A DNA stretch of 64,000 nt. Origin: Acidimicrobiaceae bacterium. GTDB taxonomy: Bacteria > Actinomycetota > Acidimicrobiia > Actinomarinales > Actinomarinaceae. The notes beneath the pieces are model-generated. The model searched no databases. It saw nothing but the letters and a program-made list of their open reading frames with translations, and was not told where the DNA came from. The DNA lies in assembly GCA_028344675.1 (NCBI GenBank), contig JAOMBT010000002.1, positions 830 through 64,829 of the forward strand. The letters are read 5' to 3'. Shown piece after piece: positions 45,746 through 55,667 of this stretch (the stretch's first letter is position 1; each line of letters begins with the position of its first letter). The translations under genes were made by a program, and so were the position numbers.

Positions 45746-48253
45746 TTATATTTTACAAGAATCTCCACAATCATCTGGATCTTCTTGTATGTAATCTACC
45801 GCTCCATATTTATCTGAAGTTGTTGAATAAGTATCTGATTGATCCTCATTGGTAGAAATCTCTTCTGTTGTCTCTACAACCTTCTGTTCAGCTTCTACTT
45901 CTTTTTCTGCTTGTGCATCGGTAGAACCATCTCTTGTATTGTGGTAGTAGAGTGTTTTAATACCTAATTTATAGGTTGTTAAAATATCTTGAATCATTTT
46001 TTGGAGTGGTAATTTTCCATCTTCAAATTTGCTAGGATCATAATTTGTATTAGCAGAGATAGTTTGATCAACAAACTTCTGCATAATTGCTACTAATTCT
46101 AGGTACCCTTTGTTGTCTGGAATATTCCATAACAATTCGTACTTATCTTTCAACTCTTCAAAATCCGGGACAACTTGTTTCATAATTCCATCTTTACTCT
46201 GCTTGACTGAGACATAACCTCTTGGTGGCTCTATTCCATTTGTAGCATTACTGATTTGAGCCGAGGTTTCTGCAGGCATAAGAGCAGTTAGTGTACTGTT
46301 TCTTAGTCCGTGTTCTTTAATGTCGGTCCTGAGCTGCTCCCAATCTAAGTGAAGTTTTTCATCACATATATCATCTACATCTTTTTTGTAGGTATCTATT
46401 GGCAAGAGCCCTTTTGCATAGTTTGTTTCGTGGAATAGTTCACATGCTCCTTGTTCTTTTGCTAGTTCGTTGGAAGCTTTCAGTAAGTAGTACTGGATAG
46501 ATTCAAAGAGTTTATGTGTTAGATTATTTGCTGAACCATCAGAATACTTAACATCATTTTTTGCTAAATAGTACGCATAGTTTATCACTCCAACTCCAAG
46601 GGTTCTCCTTCTTTTTCCAGAATTAATTGCAGCTGGAACTGGATAATCTTGATAGCTTAATAAGCCGTCTAGTGCCCTAACTATTAATTCGGCTGTATCT
46701 TCTAAGTCCTCTAAATCTTCAATTACCCCAAGATTAAATGCAGATAAAGTACATAGTGCTATTTCACCATCTGGATCGTCGACATTACTGAGTGGTTTAG
46801 TAGGAAGAGCTATTTCAAGGCATAGGTTACTTTGTCTAATTGGAGCGACAGATGGATCAAATGCTCCATGGGTATTACAATGGTCAACATTTTGAAGATA
46901 GATTCTTCCAGTACTCGCTCTTTCATTCATAAATAATGAAAAAAGTTCAACGGCTTTAATTGTTTTCCTTCTTATGTCTGGATCTGCTTCATAAATTTCG
47001 TACAGTTCTTGAAACTTATCTTGGTCTTCAAAAAATGCGTCATAAAGCCCTGGGACATCGGAGGGGCTAAACAGACTAATATCTTCATTTTTTATGAGTC
47101 TTTCGTACATTGTTTTATTAAATTGAACACCGTAGTCAATATGTCTAACTCTATTTTCTTCAACCCCACGGTTGTTTTTTAATACTAATAAATCTTCAAC
47201 TTCGTAATGCCAAAGGGGATAAAACAAAGTGGCAGCTCCTCCTCGTACTCCTCCTTGTGAACAACTTTTAACTGCTGATTGAAAATGCTTGTAGAACGGT
47301 ATGCATCCAGTGTGAAACGCTTCACCATTACGTATAGGGCTACCTATTGCCCTTATTCTTCCTGCATTAATTCCTATTCCCGCTCTTTGGCTTACATAAC
47401 GTACAATTGCCCCTGATGTGGCATTAATTGAATCCAAAGAATCACTAGTTTCAATTAAAACACAGGAGCTAAATTGACGTGTTGGAGTCCTGACTCCAGA
47501 CATAATAGGTGTTGGTAGAGAAAGCTTGAATGTTGATGCAGCATTGTAGAATCTCTCAACATAATCAAGTCTTGTTTCTTTTGGATATTTAGAAAAAAGA
47601 CAAGCACCCACAAGAAGAAAAATGAATTGGGGACTTTCGTAAACATCTCCATTTACTCTATTTTGTACAAGATACTTTCCTTCGAGCTGTTTTACTGCAG
47701 CATAAGTAAATTTCATATCACGCCAGTGATCTATGAATCCATCCATAGTTGAAAATTCGTCTTCGGTATAATCTGTTAATAGCTCAGGATCATACCTTCC
47801 TTCACTAACCATTTTTGTGACCTGTTCATACAGAGAAGGTGGTTTAAACTGCCCATAAGCTTTTTTTCTTAAATGAAATATTAATAGTCTTGCAGCAAGG
47901 TATTGATAATCAGGGGATTCAGTTGAAATAAGATCAGCTGCTGCTTTTATCATAGTTTCGTGAATTTCTTCAGTTGTAATACCGTCATAGAATTGGATTT
48001 GTGAATTTAGCTCCACTTGAGAAGGGGATACATCTAGATCTTCAGATGCCCAAAAAATTACTCTGTGAATTTTTTCTAAATCTATTGGCTCCTGCTTACC
48101 ATTCCTTTTCGTAATAAAAATAGTGTTTTTGGGATCCTCAAGATTAATTTCTTCTTGTTCTACTACTTCTTCTTTGCTTACACTTGTCTTTTCCACTTCG
48201 CTCCTTAACCCTGTTTCTTCTTCCACTTCTACTCCCATTTGCAAATAAACCAA
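45746..48253 (-). CDS. nrdA: Ribonucleotide reductase class Ia alpha subunit
   Basis: ATP-cone IFITKRNGKQEPIDLEKIHRVIFWASE. Catalytic NLCLEIALP / SCVLIE region. C-terminal CGDSCKI redox tail. The ~45 aa acidic N-terminal extension suggests the true start may be the internal Met at 48238. Confidence 0.9.
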   Translation of the reverse strand: MVYLQMGVEVEEETGLRSEVEKTSVSKEEVVEQEEINLEDPKNTIFITKRNGKQEPIDLEKIHRVIFWASEDLDVSPSQVELNSQIQFYDGITTEEIHETMIKAAADLISTESPDYQYLAARLLIFHLRKKAYGQFKPPSLYEQVTKMVSEGRYDPELLTDYTEDEFSTMDGFIDHWRDMKFTYAAVKQLEGKYLVQNRVNGDVYESPQFIFLLVGACLFSKYPKETRLDYVERFYNAASTFKLSLPTPIMSGVRTPTRQFSSCVLIETSDSLDSINATSGAIVRYVSQRAGIGINAGRIRAIGSPIRNGEAFHTGCIPFYKHFQSAVKSCSQGGVRGGAATLFYPLWHYEVEDLLVLKNNRGVEENRVRHIDYGVQFNKTMYERLIKNEDISLFSPSDVPGLYDAFFEDQDKFQELYEIYEADPDIRRKTIKAVELFSLFMNERASTGRIYLQNVDHCNTHGAFDPSVAPIRQSNLCLEIALPTKPLSNVDDPDGEIALCTLSAFNLGVIEDLEDLEDTAELIVRALDGLLSYQDYPVPAAINSGKRRRTLGVGVINYAYYLAKNDVKYSDGSANNLTHKLFESIQYYLLKASNELAKEQGACELFHETNYAKGLLPIDTYKKDVDDICDEKLHLDWEQLRTDIKEHGLRNSTLTALMPAETSAQISNATNGIEPPRGYVSVKQSKDGIMKQVVPDFEELKDKYELLWNIPDNKGYLELVAIMQKFVDQTISANTNYDPSKFEDGKLPLQKMIQDILTTYKLGIKTLYYHNTRDGSTDAQAEKEVEAEQKVVETTEEISTNEDQSDTYSTTSDKYGAVDYIQEDPDDCGDSCKI

Positions 48254-48426
48254 TTATAGGAATTGCACTTGGATCACTCCTGATTTATATTTGTGGTGTT
48301 ATTGGCCTGATACTAATTATCAATACATCAGTATCAAATGCAATCACTATAGGTGTTGTGCCGTTCATAATTGGTGATGTTATTAAATCCATAATGGCAG
48401 TAGCGGTAGCGTACAGACTGAAATAA
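48184..48426 (+). pseudogene. bioY: bioY (biotin ECF transporter S component) 3' remnant; only the last ~55-60 residues are homologous
   Basis: TSVSNAITIGVVPFIIGDVIKSIMAVAVAYRLK matches the BioY C-terminal consensus (...AaGvlPFlpGDliKavlAallap...). The upstream frame closes at 48145 and is antisense to the nrdA start. TTG start only. A full BioY needs ~110 more N-terminal codons, which would lie inside nrdA. Confidence 0.45.
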
Positions 48427-48428
48427 TT

Positions 48429-50126
48429 ATGAGTCAAAAAAGAATCCTTATCGCTAACCGTGGTGAAATTGCATTACGAATAATAAGATCTGCAAAAGAA
48501 ATGGATCTATATACCATAGCTGTTTTCTCAGATGCAGATGAGGATTCACTTCACGTAAAAAGAGCGGATGAGTCATACTATCTTGGCAGTTCCCTACCAG
48601 CTGATAGTTATAGAAATTTAAAAAAACTGGTAAAAGCTGCTGTAGATACAAAAGCAGACTTAGTGCATCCTGGATATGGTTTTCTTGCAGAAAATGCAGA
48701 GTTTGCCAAGGCTATTGAGAAGAAGGGTATATCGTGGATAGGCCCTAAACCAGAAACTATTAAATCCATGGGTGACAAAATAGAATCAAGAAAGTTAGTT
48801 ACAAAAATTGGATTGAATCCTGTTCCAGGTCAATTAAAACCTTCCCGTCTCAAAAGAGAGGCGGTAAAAGATGCAGAGAGTTTTGGTTACCCAGTTGCAT
48901 TAAAAGCAGCGCATGGTGGTGGAGGAAAAGGGCTGCGAATTGTCCATAATGAAAAGGAGTTGCTTGAAAATTTTGAGATTGTAAGAAGAGAAAGTGAAGC
49001 TTATTTTGGATCTGATCAAATCTACGTAGAGAAATTTATAAAACCAGCTCGACACGTAGAAACTCAGATTCTTGCTGATAAACATGGTAATGTTCTTTAT
49101 CTAGGTGAGAGGGACTGTTCCCTCCAGAGAAGAAATCAAAAACTTATAGAGGAAAGTCCTCCTGCATGGCTTTCAGATTATGGAAGAGAGAAATTAAAAG
49201 AATACACTTTAAAGATTGCCTCTAACTCTGCATATATAAATGCAGGGACTGTTGAATTTTTAGCTGATAGTGATGAAAATTTTTATTTCTTAGAAATGAA
49301 TACAAGACTTCAAGTAGAACATACTGTCACAGAGATGAGGTATGGTCTTGATTTAGTAAAAGAGCAGATAAAGATTGCCCTTGGACATTCTATAAAAGAC
49401 TATGAACTAGAAGCGCGAGGTCACAGTATTGAATTCAGAATAAATGCTGAAGACCCATCAAATAATTTCTTACCAACTCCAGGAACTATAACTGAATATA
49501 GAGAGCCAACAGGAAACGGTGTACGGGTTGACGGCTGGGCAAGAACAGGAACTCAGATTACTCATTTCTACGACAATTTAATCTCAAAATTAATTGTATG
49601 GGGAGTTTCGAGGGAAGAAGCTCGGTCAAAAGGAATTAGATGTTTAGAGGAGTATGTGATAGGGGGAATACCTACGACTATTAATGTGTTAGCTGATATT
49701 TTAAAAACTAAAGAGTTTATTAACAGCCAGATTCATGTTAAGTTTCTTGAGGAAAATTTTGAAATTAGAGAACTTGAAGAGGACGAAGTTAGTTCTGATA
49801 GGCCAAGTAAAGTAAATATTTCTCTTGAAGATTCTTCAAACCCTACTTTGGCACCACAAAGACCAAAAAAAATTGGAATGGATTTAACAGGGAATATTAA
49901 AAATCCTGGACTCATTTTTGCAGAAATGCAGGGAACTATTATGGAGACCATGACAAAGCAAGGGAAAAAAGTGAAAAAAGGTGACTCCTTATTTGTTCTA
50001 GAAGCAATGAAAATGGAAAATGTAATTACTTCACCAATTAATGGGGTAATAAAAGTATTTAATGTCACAAAAGCTCAAGCTGTAAAAAAAGGAGATCTTC
50101 TTGTTGAAATAGAAGTAAAATTCTAA
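48429..50126 (+). CDS. accC: Biotin carboxylase with C-terminal biotin carboxyl carrier domain (AccC-AccB fusion; acetyl/acyl-CoA carboxylase alpha)
   Basis: N-terminal ILIANRGEIALRIIRSAKEM. ATP-grasp GGGGKGLRIV. C-terminal biotinyl domain EAMKMENVITSPINGVIK. 565 aa, with no BT domain between the two. Confidence 0.85.
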   Translation: MSQKRILIANRGEIALRIIRSAKEMDLYTIAVFSDADEDSLHVKRADESYYLGSSLPADSYRNLKKLVKAAVDTKADLVHPGYGFLAENAEFAKAIEKKGISWIGPKPETIKSMGDKIESRKLVTKIGLNPVPGQLKPSRLKREAVKDAESFGYPVALKAAHGGGGKGLRIVHNEKELLENFEIVRRESEAYFGSDQIYVEKFIKPARHVETQILADKHGNVLYLGERDCSLQRRNQKLIEESPPAWLSDYGREKLKEYTLKIASNSAYINAGTVEFLADSDENFYFLEMNTRLQVEHTVTEMRYGLDLVKEQIKIALGHSIKDYELEARGHSIEFRINAEDPSNNFLPTPGTITEYREPTGNGVRVDGWARTGTQITHFYDNLISKLIVWGVSREEARSKGIRCLEEYVIGGIPTTINVLADILKTKEFINSQIHVKFLEENFEIRELEEDEVSSDRPSKVNISLEDSSNPTLAPQRPKKIGMDLTGNIKNPGLIFAEMQGTIMETMTKQGKKVKKGDSLFVLEAMKMENVITSPINGVIKVFNVTKAQAVKKGDLLVEIEVKF

Positions 50127-50500
50127 TGATATTTGGTATAGGTGTTGACCAAGTTGATCTAAATAGAGTAAGAAAGCTTCTAGATAAATCTCGAACAAAA
50201 TTTGAAAAGAGATGTTTCACAGAAAGTGAAATAATTTATGCAAATAGATTTGCTGATCCATCAAAAAGATTGGGAGCTAGATTTGCTGGTAAAGAAGCTG
50301 TAATGAAATCATTAGGTAAAGGATGGAGGCAAGTGAATTGGAGGGATATAGAAATTACAGGTGGTGGAAAACCAGAAGTTATCCTACATGGAAAAGCAAA
50401 AGACCTTGCTTCAAAATCAAAAATTGACAATGTACATATATCTTTATCTCATGAAAAAAATGCTGCAATTGCCTTTGCAATATCGGAAGTCTCAAATTGA
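50126..50500 (+). CDS. acpS: Holo-[acyl-carrier-protein] synthase
   Basis: MIFGIGVDQVDLNRVRKLL (cf. AcpS MIVGIGIDIVEIxRI). 124 aa. ATG overlaps the accC stop. Confidence 0.8.
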   Translation: MIFGIGVDQVDLNRVRKLLDKSRTKFEKRCFTESEIIYANRFADPSKRLGARFAGKEAVMKSLGKGWRQVNWRDIEITGGGKPEVILHGKAKDLASKSKIDNVHISLSHEKNAAIAFAISEVSN

Positions 50501-51405
50501 ATTGGGTAGCAATGTTTCCGGGACAAGGATCCCAACAAGTTGGTATGGGAGAAGAGCTACTTGATAAATACCCTGATTTATTAATTAATGAATTTGAAAA
50601 AACACTTAATTGGTCTCTTAAAGATGCGGTTTTAAAGAGTGACAAAGAAGAGATTACAAAAACTAATATTGCCCAACCTTACATTTTTGCTATTTCCTAC
50701 TGTTACGGGCTTGAAGCAATTAGGAAGCTTGGTAATCCAACTGTAGCAATCGGTCATTCTCTTGGAGAATACACTGCTTTAGCTTTAGGTGAATACCTAA
50801 CATTTAGTGATGCTCTTAAAATTATTTCTGTAAGAGGAGAAGCTATGCAAAGCGCAGTTGAAAACTCTGGTACAACAATGGCGGCAGTGCTGTCGTCTGA
50901 ATTAGAGAAAACTTTACAGTCAATTGAAGAGTTAAAATCCCAAGGTATTGAGATAAATATTTCAAACTATAACGATGCAACACAAATTGTTATCAGTGGA
51001 AAATATGAAGATATTGATTATTTAAAATCTAATTCGAACGCACTCAATGCAAAAAGGGTAATTCCTCTTGATGTAGCAGGGGCCTTTCACTCACCTGTTG
51101 TAGCTCCAGCCAAGGAAGCTGTTCATGAAATACTGGAAAATATAGAATTTAAACCTGGTAAGTTCGATGTTTACATGAATGTTGATGCCAAATTAGTTGA
51201 ATTAACTAATGTAAAAGAACGTCTTACAAGGCAGATAGACAGCAGTGTGTTATTCCATAAACAAATAATAACGATTGAAAAAAAAGAAAGTCCAGAATAT
51301 TGGTATCATATTGGTCCTGGAAATGTAACTGCTGGGATGGTTAAAAAGTCTATATCTAGTAAGGGAATAGGAATTATTAATTCGTTAGACTCTTTGAATA
51401 CTTAA
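50497..51405 (+). CDS. fabD: Malonyl-CoA:ACP transacylase
   Basis: FPGQGSQQVGMG and GHSLGEYTALA (active-site Ser). Confidence 0.85.
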   Translation: MNWVAMFPGQGSQQVGMGEELLDKYPDLLINEFEKTLNWSLKDAVLKSDKEEITKTNIAQPYIFAISYCYGLEAIRKLGNPTVAIGHSLGEYTALALGEYLTFSDALKIISVRGEAMQSAVENSGTTMAAVLSSELEKTLQSIEELKSQGIEINISNYNDATQIVISGKYEDIDYLKSNSNALNAKRVIPLDVAGAFHSPVVAPAKEAVHEILENIEFKPGKFDVYMNVDAKLVELTNVKERLTRQIDSSVLFHKQIITIEKKESPEYWYHIGPGNVTAGMVKKSISSKGIGIINSLDSLNT

Positions 51406-51417
51406 AAAGGAGTTATT

Positions 51418-52512
51418 TTGAAATCAACAATTACTGGTTGGGGGAAATGTTCACCTGACAATATTATGACAAATGATGATTTAGCTGTTTTTGTTGACAC
51501 GTCAGATGAGTGGATTCAACAAAGAACAGGAATTCAAGAAAGAAGATTTTGTCACGTAAACAATTCAGATATGGCATCTGTTGCAGGACAACATGCTATA
51601 GCTTGCGCTGGACTAACACCTGAGGATATTGATGTTGTAATTTTGGCAACATGTACTCCTGATAGTATTGTTCCTTCAGCAGCTGCACACGTACAAAGAA
51701 AAATTGGGGCAGTTAATGCCTCCGTCTATGATATAAATGCTGCATGTGCTGGATTTGTTTATGCACTCGAGCAAGGAAAAGCTTTTGTTGAAAGCGGACT
51801 ATATAAGAGAGCCCTTGTAATTGGTTCAGAACATATTACATGGCTATTAGATTGGTCAGATAGAAATACTGCGGTTCTTTTTGGAGATGGTGCAGGTGCG
51901 GTAGTTGTAGAGGAGAGTAAAGATCACTCTGAGGGTGAAATATACTCATTTGTTAATGGGATGAGTTCTGACAAATTAGATATCCTTGAAATCCCTAATT
52001 TTGGCTCAGCAATGGATAGGTTCAATCCAGATGAAGCAGCTAGAGTACATTGGACATTTGATGGGCCAGAAATTTTTAAAGGTGGTATTAGAGCTATGGC
52101 CAATTCATCTAGTGAGGTTATTGAAAAGTCTGGTTTAACTAAAGAAGACATTGATATTCTTATTCCTCATCAAGCAAATTTAAGAATAGTTGAAGGACTA
52201 GAGAAGTCACTAAAGCTTCCTAACGCTACAACTATAAAAAAAGTACATAAGTATGGAAATACTTCTGCTGCTTCAATTCCAACAGCATTAGTGGATGCCC
52301 TAGAAGCTGGAGAGATAAAGGGTGGAGAAACAGCAGTTTTTACAGCTGTTGGTGCTGGTCTCTCATGGGGAGCTTGTGCTCTTCGTCTTGGAGAAAGAAC
52401 AACCCCAATAAATACTTCCGATGCTAAGTTGCCCGATTTTGATGGAAAAGCTATAGACACAATAAGAAAAGCTATTGAATATCAAATTCCTGAAAAAAAA
52501 GATCTTATATGA
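51418..52512 (+). CDS. fabH: 3-oxoacyl-ACP synthase III
   Basis: ITGWGKCSPDNIMTNDDLA, AACAGFVYAL (active Cys) and GNTSAASIP. TTG start. Confidence 0.85.
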   Translation: MKSTITGWGKCSPDNIMTNDDLAVFVDTSDEWIQQRTGIQERRFCHVNNSDMASVAGQHAIACAGLTPEDIDVVILATCTPDSIVPSAAAHVQRKIGAVNASVYDINAACAGFVYALEQGKAFVESGLYKRALVIGSEHITWLLDWSDRNTAVLFGDGAGAVVVEESKDHSEGEIYSFVNGMSSDKLDILEIPNFGSAMDRFNPDEAARVHWTFDGPEIFKGGIRAMANSSSEVIEKSGLTKEDIDILIPHQANLRIVEGLEKSLKLPNATTIKKVHKYGNTSAASIPTALVDALEAGEIKGGETAVFTAVGAGLSWGACALRLGERTTPINTSDAKLPDFDGKAIDTIRKAIEYQIPEKKDLI

Positions 52513-53237
52513 AAACAGCACTAGTTACCGGTGGTTCTAGAGGCATTGGTAAAGCAGTATCAACTGTCCTGGGTAAAAATTATCACGTTGTAGTTGGATA
52601 TGTTACGTCAGAAGATAAAGCAGCTGAAGTTGTTAGTGAGATTAAAGAAAGTGGTGGAAGTGCCAGTAGTATTGAGGTTAATATATCAAGCAAAGAATCA
52701 GTTGATAAAGCTTTTGCAACTATAGAAAAGTCATACGGGTCTGTAGATATATTGATAAATAACGCAGGAATAACAAAAGATAATATATTACCTCGAATGA
52801 AGGAAGAAGAATGGATAAATGTAATCCAAACCAATTTAACAGGAAGTTTTTACACATCCCAACGGGCAATAAAACAAATGATGAAAAATAAATGGGGCAG
52901 AATTATATTTATTTCTTCAATTGTTGGAATGTCTGGAAACCAAGGCCAAGCAAATTATGCAGCATCAAAAGCTGGGCTTATAGGACTTGCTAAATCCATA
53001 AGTAAAGAACTAGGTTCTCGAAACATCACATCAAATGTTATAGCTCCTGGTTACATCGAGACTGATATGACATCTTTTCTTGATGATGAAAATAAGGAAA
53101 ATATTATAGAACAACTTTCAATTAAACGCATTGGAAAGCCAGAAGATATATCAAATGTGGTAGCTTTTTTATGTAATGATGAGTCAGAATATATAACAGG
53201 TCAAGTGATACCTGTAGATGGTGGTTTAACCACATAA
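52509..53237 (+). CDS. fabG: 3-oxoacyl-ACP reductase
   Basis: TGGSRGIGKAV, NAGIT, YAASKAG. 242 aa. Confidence 0.85.
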   Translation: MKTALVTGGSRGIGKAVSTVLGKNYHVVVGYVTSEDKAAEVVSEIKESGGSASSIEVNISSKESVDKAFATIEKSYGSVDILINNAGITKDNILPRMKEEEWINVIQTNLTGSFYTSQRAIKQMMKNKWGRIIFISSIVGMSGNQGQANYAASKAGLIGLAKSISKELGSRNITSNVIAPGYIETDMTSFLDDENKENIIEQLSIKRIGKPEDISNVVAFLCNDESEYITGQVIPVDGGLTT

Positions 53238-53249
53238 TGGGGGAAAATT

Positions 53250-53489
53250 ATGGAATTAAATGAAGTTTTTGAAAAAGTTAGAGGTCTTTTTGTAGAAGAT
53301 CTCGGTATTGATGAGTCAAAAGTTACTATGGAAGCCAAACTCGAAGAAGATTTAGAAATTGACTCACTAGGTATTGTTGAGGTAGTAATGGCCTTTGAAG
53401 ATGAGTTTGAAATAGAAATTGATGATGATGAACTAGCAAATGTTTCGACTGTTGGACAAGCTGTTCAGTTACTTCACTCAAAAATATAA
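53250..53489 (+). CDS. acpP: Acyl carrier protein
   Basis: DLEIDSLGIVEVVMAFEDEF (DSL phosphopantetheine site). 79 aa. Confidence 0.9.
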   Translation: MELNEVFEKVRGLFVEDLGIDESKVTMEAKLEEDLEIDSLGIVEVVMAFEDEFEIEIDDDELANVSTVGQAVQLLHSKI

Positions 53490-53497
53490 ATTAAATC

Positions 53498-54736
53498 GTG
53501 TCTAAAAGACGTGTCGTCGTAACCGGTCTTGGAACAATAAATCCATTAGGGAATAATGTCGCAGATACTTGGAATAACCTAATTAATGGTATTTCTGGAA
53601 TTGACTATATTACTTCATTTAAAACAGATGAACTTCCAGTAACTTTTGCAGGTGAAGTTAAAAATTTTGATGCTAACGAATATATGGGAAAGCAACATGC
53701 ACGTAAACTTGATCGGTCAGGACATCTCTCTATTTATGCAACCGAAGAAGCTCTTAAAGATGCGAATCTTGATACAGAACAAAGGTTGGGTAATGGAGTA
53801 GGAGTTGTTTTTGGAACTGGTATTGGTGGTATAGGTGCAACTGAACAAGCAGTGAGGACATACGATGAACGAGGTGCTTCTAGGATAAATCCATTAGCTA
53901 TAACACAATTGATGCCTAATTCAAGTACAGGACAAGTTGCAATTAAATTTGGTATCGAAGGACCTTCTTTGACAATCACTACAGCCTGTGCTGCTTCTGC
54001 TAATGCTGTTGGAGAAGCTAAAAATATGATTCAAAATGGAATTGTAGATATGGTGATTGCAGGTGGAACAGAAGCTGGAACAACTGCTATGACTATTGGT
54101 GCATTTGCTCAAATAAGAGCTCTTTCAACAAATAATAAAAACCCTAAAGGAGCCTGTAGACCATTTGATAAAGATCGAGATGGCTTCATAATGGGAGAGG
54201 GTTCAACAGTTTTAATTATGGAAAGTGAAGAATCTGCAATTAATAGAGGTGTCAATATATATGGTTATGTTGCTGGTTATGGTGCGTCAACAGATGCTCA
54301 TCATATTACTGCCCCAGCAGAAGGTGGTAAAGGTGCTGTTGATGCTATGAAGAAAGCACTATTTGATGCTGAACTAACATCTGATGATATTGATTATATC
54401 AATGCTCATGGAACTTCTACCCTAGCAAATGATAAAAATGAAACTGCTGCAATCAAAACAGTCTTCGGTGAAAAAGCATACGATATTAATATTTCTTCTA
54501 CAAAGTCAATGACAGGGCACTTACTTGGAGGTGGAGGTGCTTTTGAGTCATTAGTTTCCTTATTAAGTTTAAAAAATAATATTATTCCACCAACAATAAA
54601 TTTGAATAATCCAGATGAAGAATGTGATTTAAATTACACCCCAAATATATCCATAGAAAAAGACCTATCTACAGCAATGTCTAATTCTTTTGGATTTGGT
54701 GGTCACAATGGAGTTCTTGTATTTAAAAAAACTTAA
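53498..54736 (+). CDS. fabF: 3-oxoacyl-ACP synthase II
   Basis: RVVVTGLGTINPLGNN, active-site TACAASANAVGEA, and the HGTSTLANDKNE and GHLLGGGG motifs. Confidence 0.9.
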   Translation: MSKRRVVVTGLGTINPLGNNVADTWNNLINGISGIDYITSFKTDELPVTFAGEVKNFDANEYMGKQHARKLDRSGHLSIYATEEALKDANLDTEQRLGNGVGVVFGTGIGGIGATEQAVRTYDERGASRINPLAITQLMPNSSTGQVAIKFGIEGPSLTITTACAASANAVGEAKNMIQNGIVDMVIAGGTEAGTTAMTIGAFAQIRALSTNNKNPKGACRPFDKDRDGFIMGEGSTVLIMESEESAINRGVNIYGYVAGYGASTDAHHITAPAEGGKGAVDAMKKALFDAELTSDDIDYINAHGTSTLANDKNETAAIKTVFGEKAYDINISSTKSMTGHLLGGGGAFESLVSLLSLKNNIIPPTINLNNPDEECDLNYTPNISIEKDLSTAMSNSFGFGGHNGVLVFKKT

Positions 54737-54822
54737 GATTTCAATTACTTTAGATTTAATAATCATTAAAAATATTTACTAGAATTAAGTTTTAGAGAGA
54801 ATTAGAAATAAAGTCGTCTTTT

Positions 54823-55605
54823 TTACTTGTTAGGCAACATTGATCCACCAATAGAATGTACACCCCCATCAGCATGGATAATTTCACCAGTAACCATTTC
54901 AGAAAAATCTGAAAGTAAAAAACTGACTACCTTTGCGACGGGTTCAGGATTTTTTGTATCCCAACCAAGAGGTGCTCTGTTGTTCCACTCTTCATTCATA
55001 TCTGAAAATCCAGGTATATTTTTAGCTGCTGTGGTAGCAAGTGGACCTGCGGCAACAGCATTGACTCTGACTCCACTTTCTCCCATGTAGTATGCCAAGT
55101 ACCGAACTATTGACTGCAGACTAGATTTTGCTACCCCCTGCCAGTCGTAGCCTGGCCAAGCTTGTGTATTATCAAAATCTAAAGCAACAATAGATGCTGG
55201 TTTATTAAGTATTGGCTGAAATGAAGTAGCTAAAGTTTTTAATGAAAAAGCCGATATTTCAAAACTCTTAACTGCATCGGAGATATTAGTATTTAAAAAA
55301 TTACCCCCCATAGCTTCAGTAGGTGAAAAAGCTATTGCATGTAGAATTCCATCAATACTTCCAAACTCTTTTTTTATGCTTTCTACTGCAGAATTGACTT
55401 CTTCTTGATTTTCAATATCCATTGGAAATACTTTTATATCTTCGGAAAGTCTTTTAACAGCTCTTTCTGTAATTCTAAGTCCTTTACCAAACCCTGTAGC
55501 TACAACGGTTGCACCATTTTCTATAGCAATTTTTGCAGATGCATAAGCAATACTTTTGTCTGTAAGTATTCCAGTGATTACTAAGGTTTTATTTTTTAAA
55601 ATCAT
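54823..55605 (-). CDS. fabI: Enoyl-ACP reductase (NADH), FabI type
   Basis: LKNKTLVITGILTDKSIAYASAK parallels FabI [23 protein letters not shown]. 260 aa. Convergent with fabF. Confidence 0.75.
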   Translation of the reverse strand: MILKNKTLVITGILTDKSIAYASAKIAIENGATVVATGFGKGLRITERAVKRLSEDIKVFPMDIENQEEVNSAVESIKKEFGSIDGILHAIAFSPTEAMGGNFLNTNISDAVKSFEISAFSLKTLATSFQPILNKPASIVALDFDNTQAWPGYDWQGVAKSSLQSIVRYLAYYMGESGVRVNAVAAGPLATTAAKNIPGFSDMNEEWNNRAPLGWDTKNPEPVAKVVSFLLSDFSEMVTGEIIHADGGVHSIGGSMLPNK

Positions 55606-55667
55606 TTTTTCCTACAATTATTTGACTGAAGTTACTTTGCGTAAGTATCACAAAAAAATACTTTTTA

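Noticed and set aside
48184-48253. N-terminal part of ORF 48184..48426 as a genuine signal peptide or TM helix (MSFPLRSLTLFLLPLLLP)
   Set aside because: This stretch is the antisense of nrdA's Glu-rich N-terminal extension (GAA/GAG repeats read as CTC/TTC). Only the downstream BioY-homologous part is meaningful.
45635-50645. ORFs 45635..45817, 47455..47652, 48454..48651, 48900..49085, 49733..50068, 50236..50430, 50361..50564, 50379..50645
   Set aside because: All lie in alternative frames or antisense to nrdB, nrdA, accC, acpS and fabD, which have strong conserved signatures.
51924-55090. ORFs 51924..52151, 52170..52460, 52583..52834, 53734..53979, 53921..54112, 54827..55090
   Set aside because: Antisense or alternative-frame ORFs inside fabH, fabG, fabF and fabI. 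GC-richer core genes generate long spurious frames.
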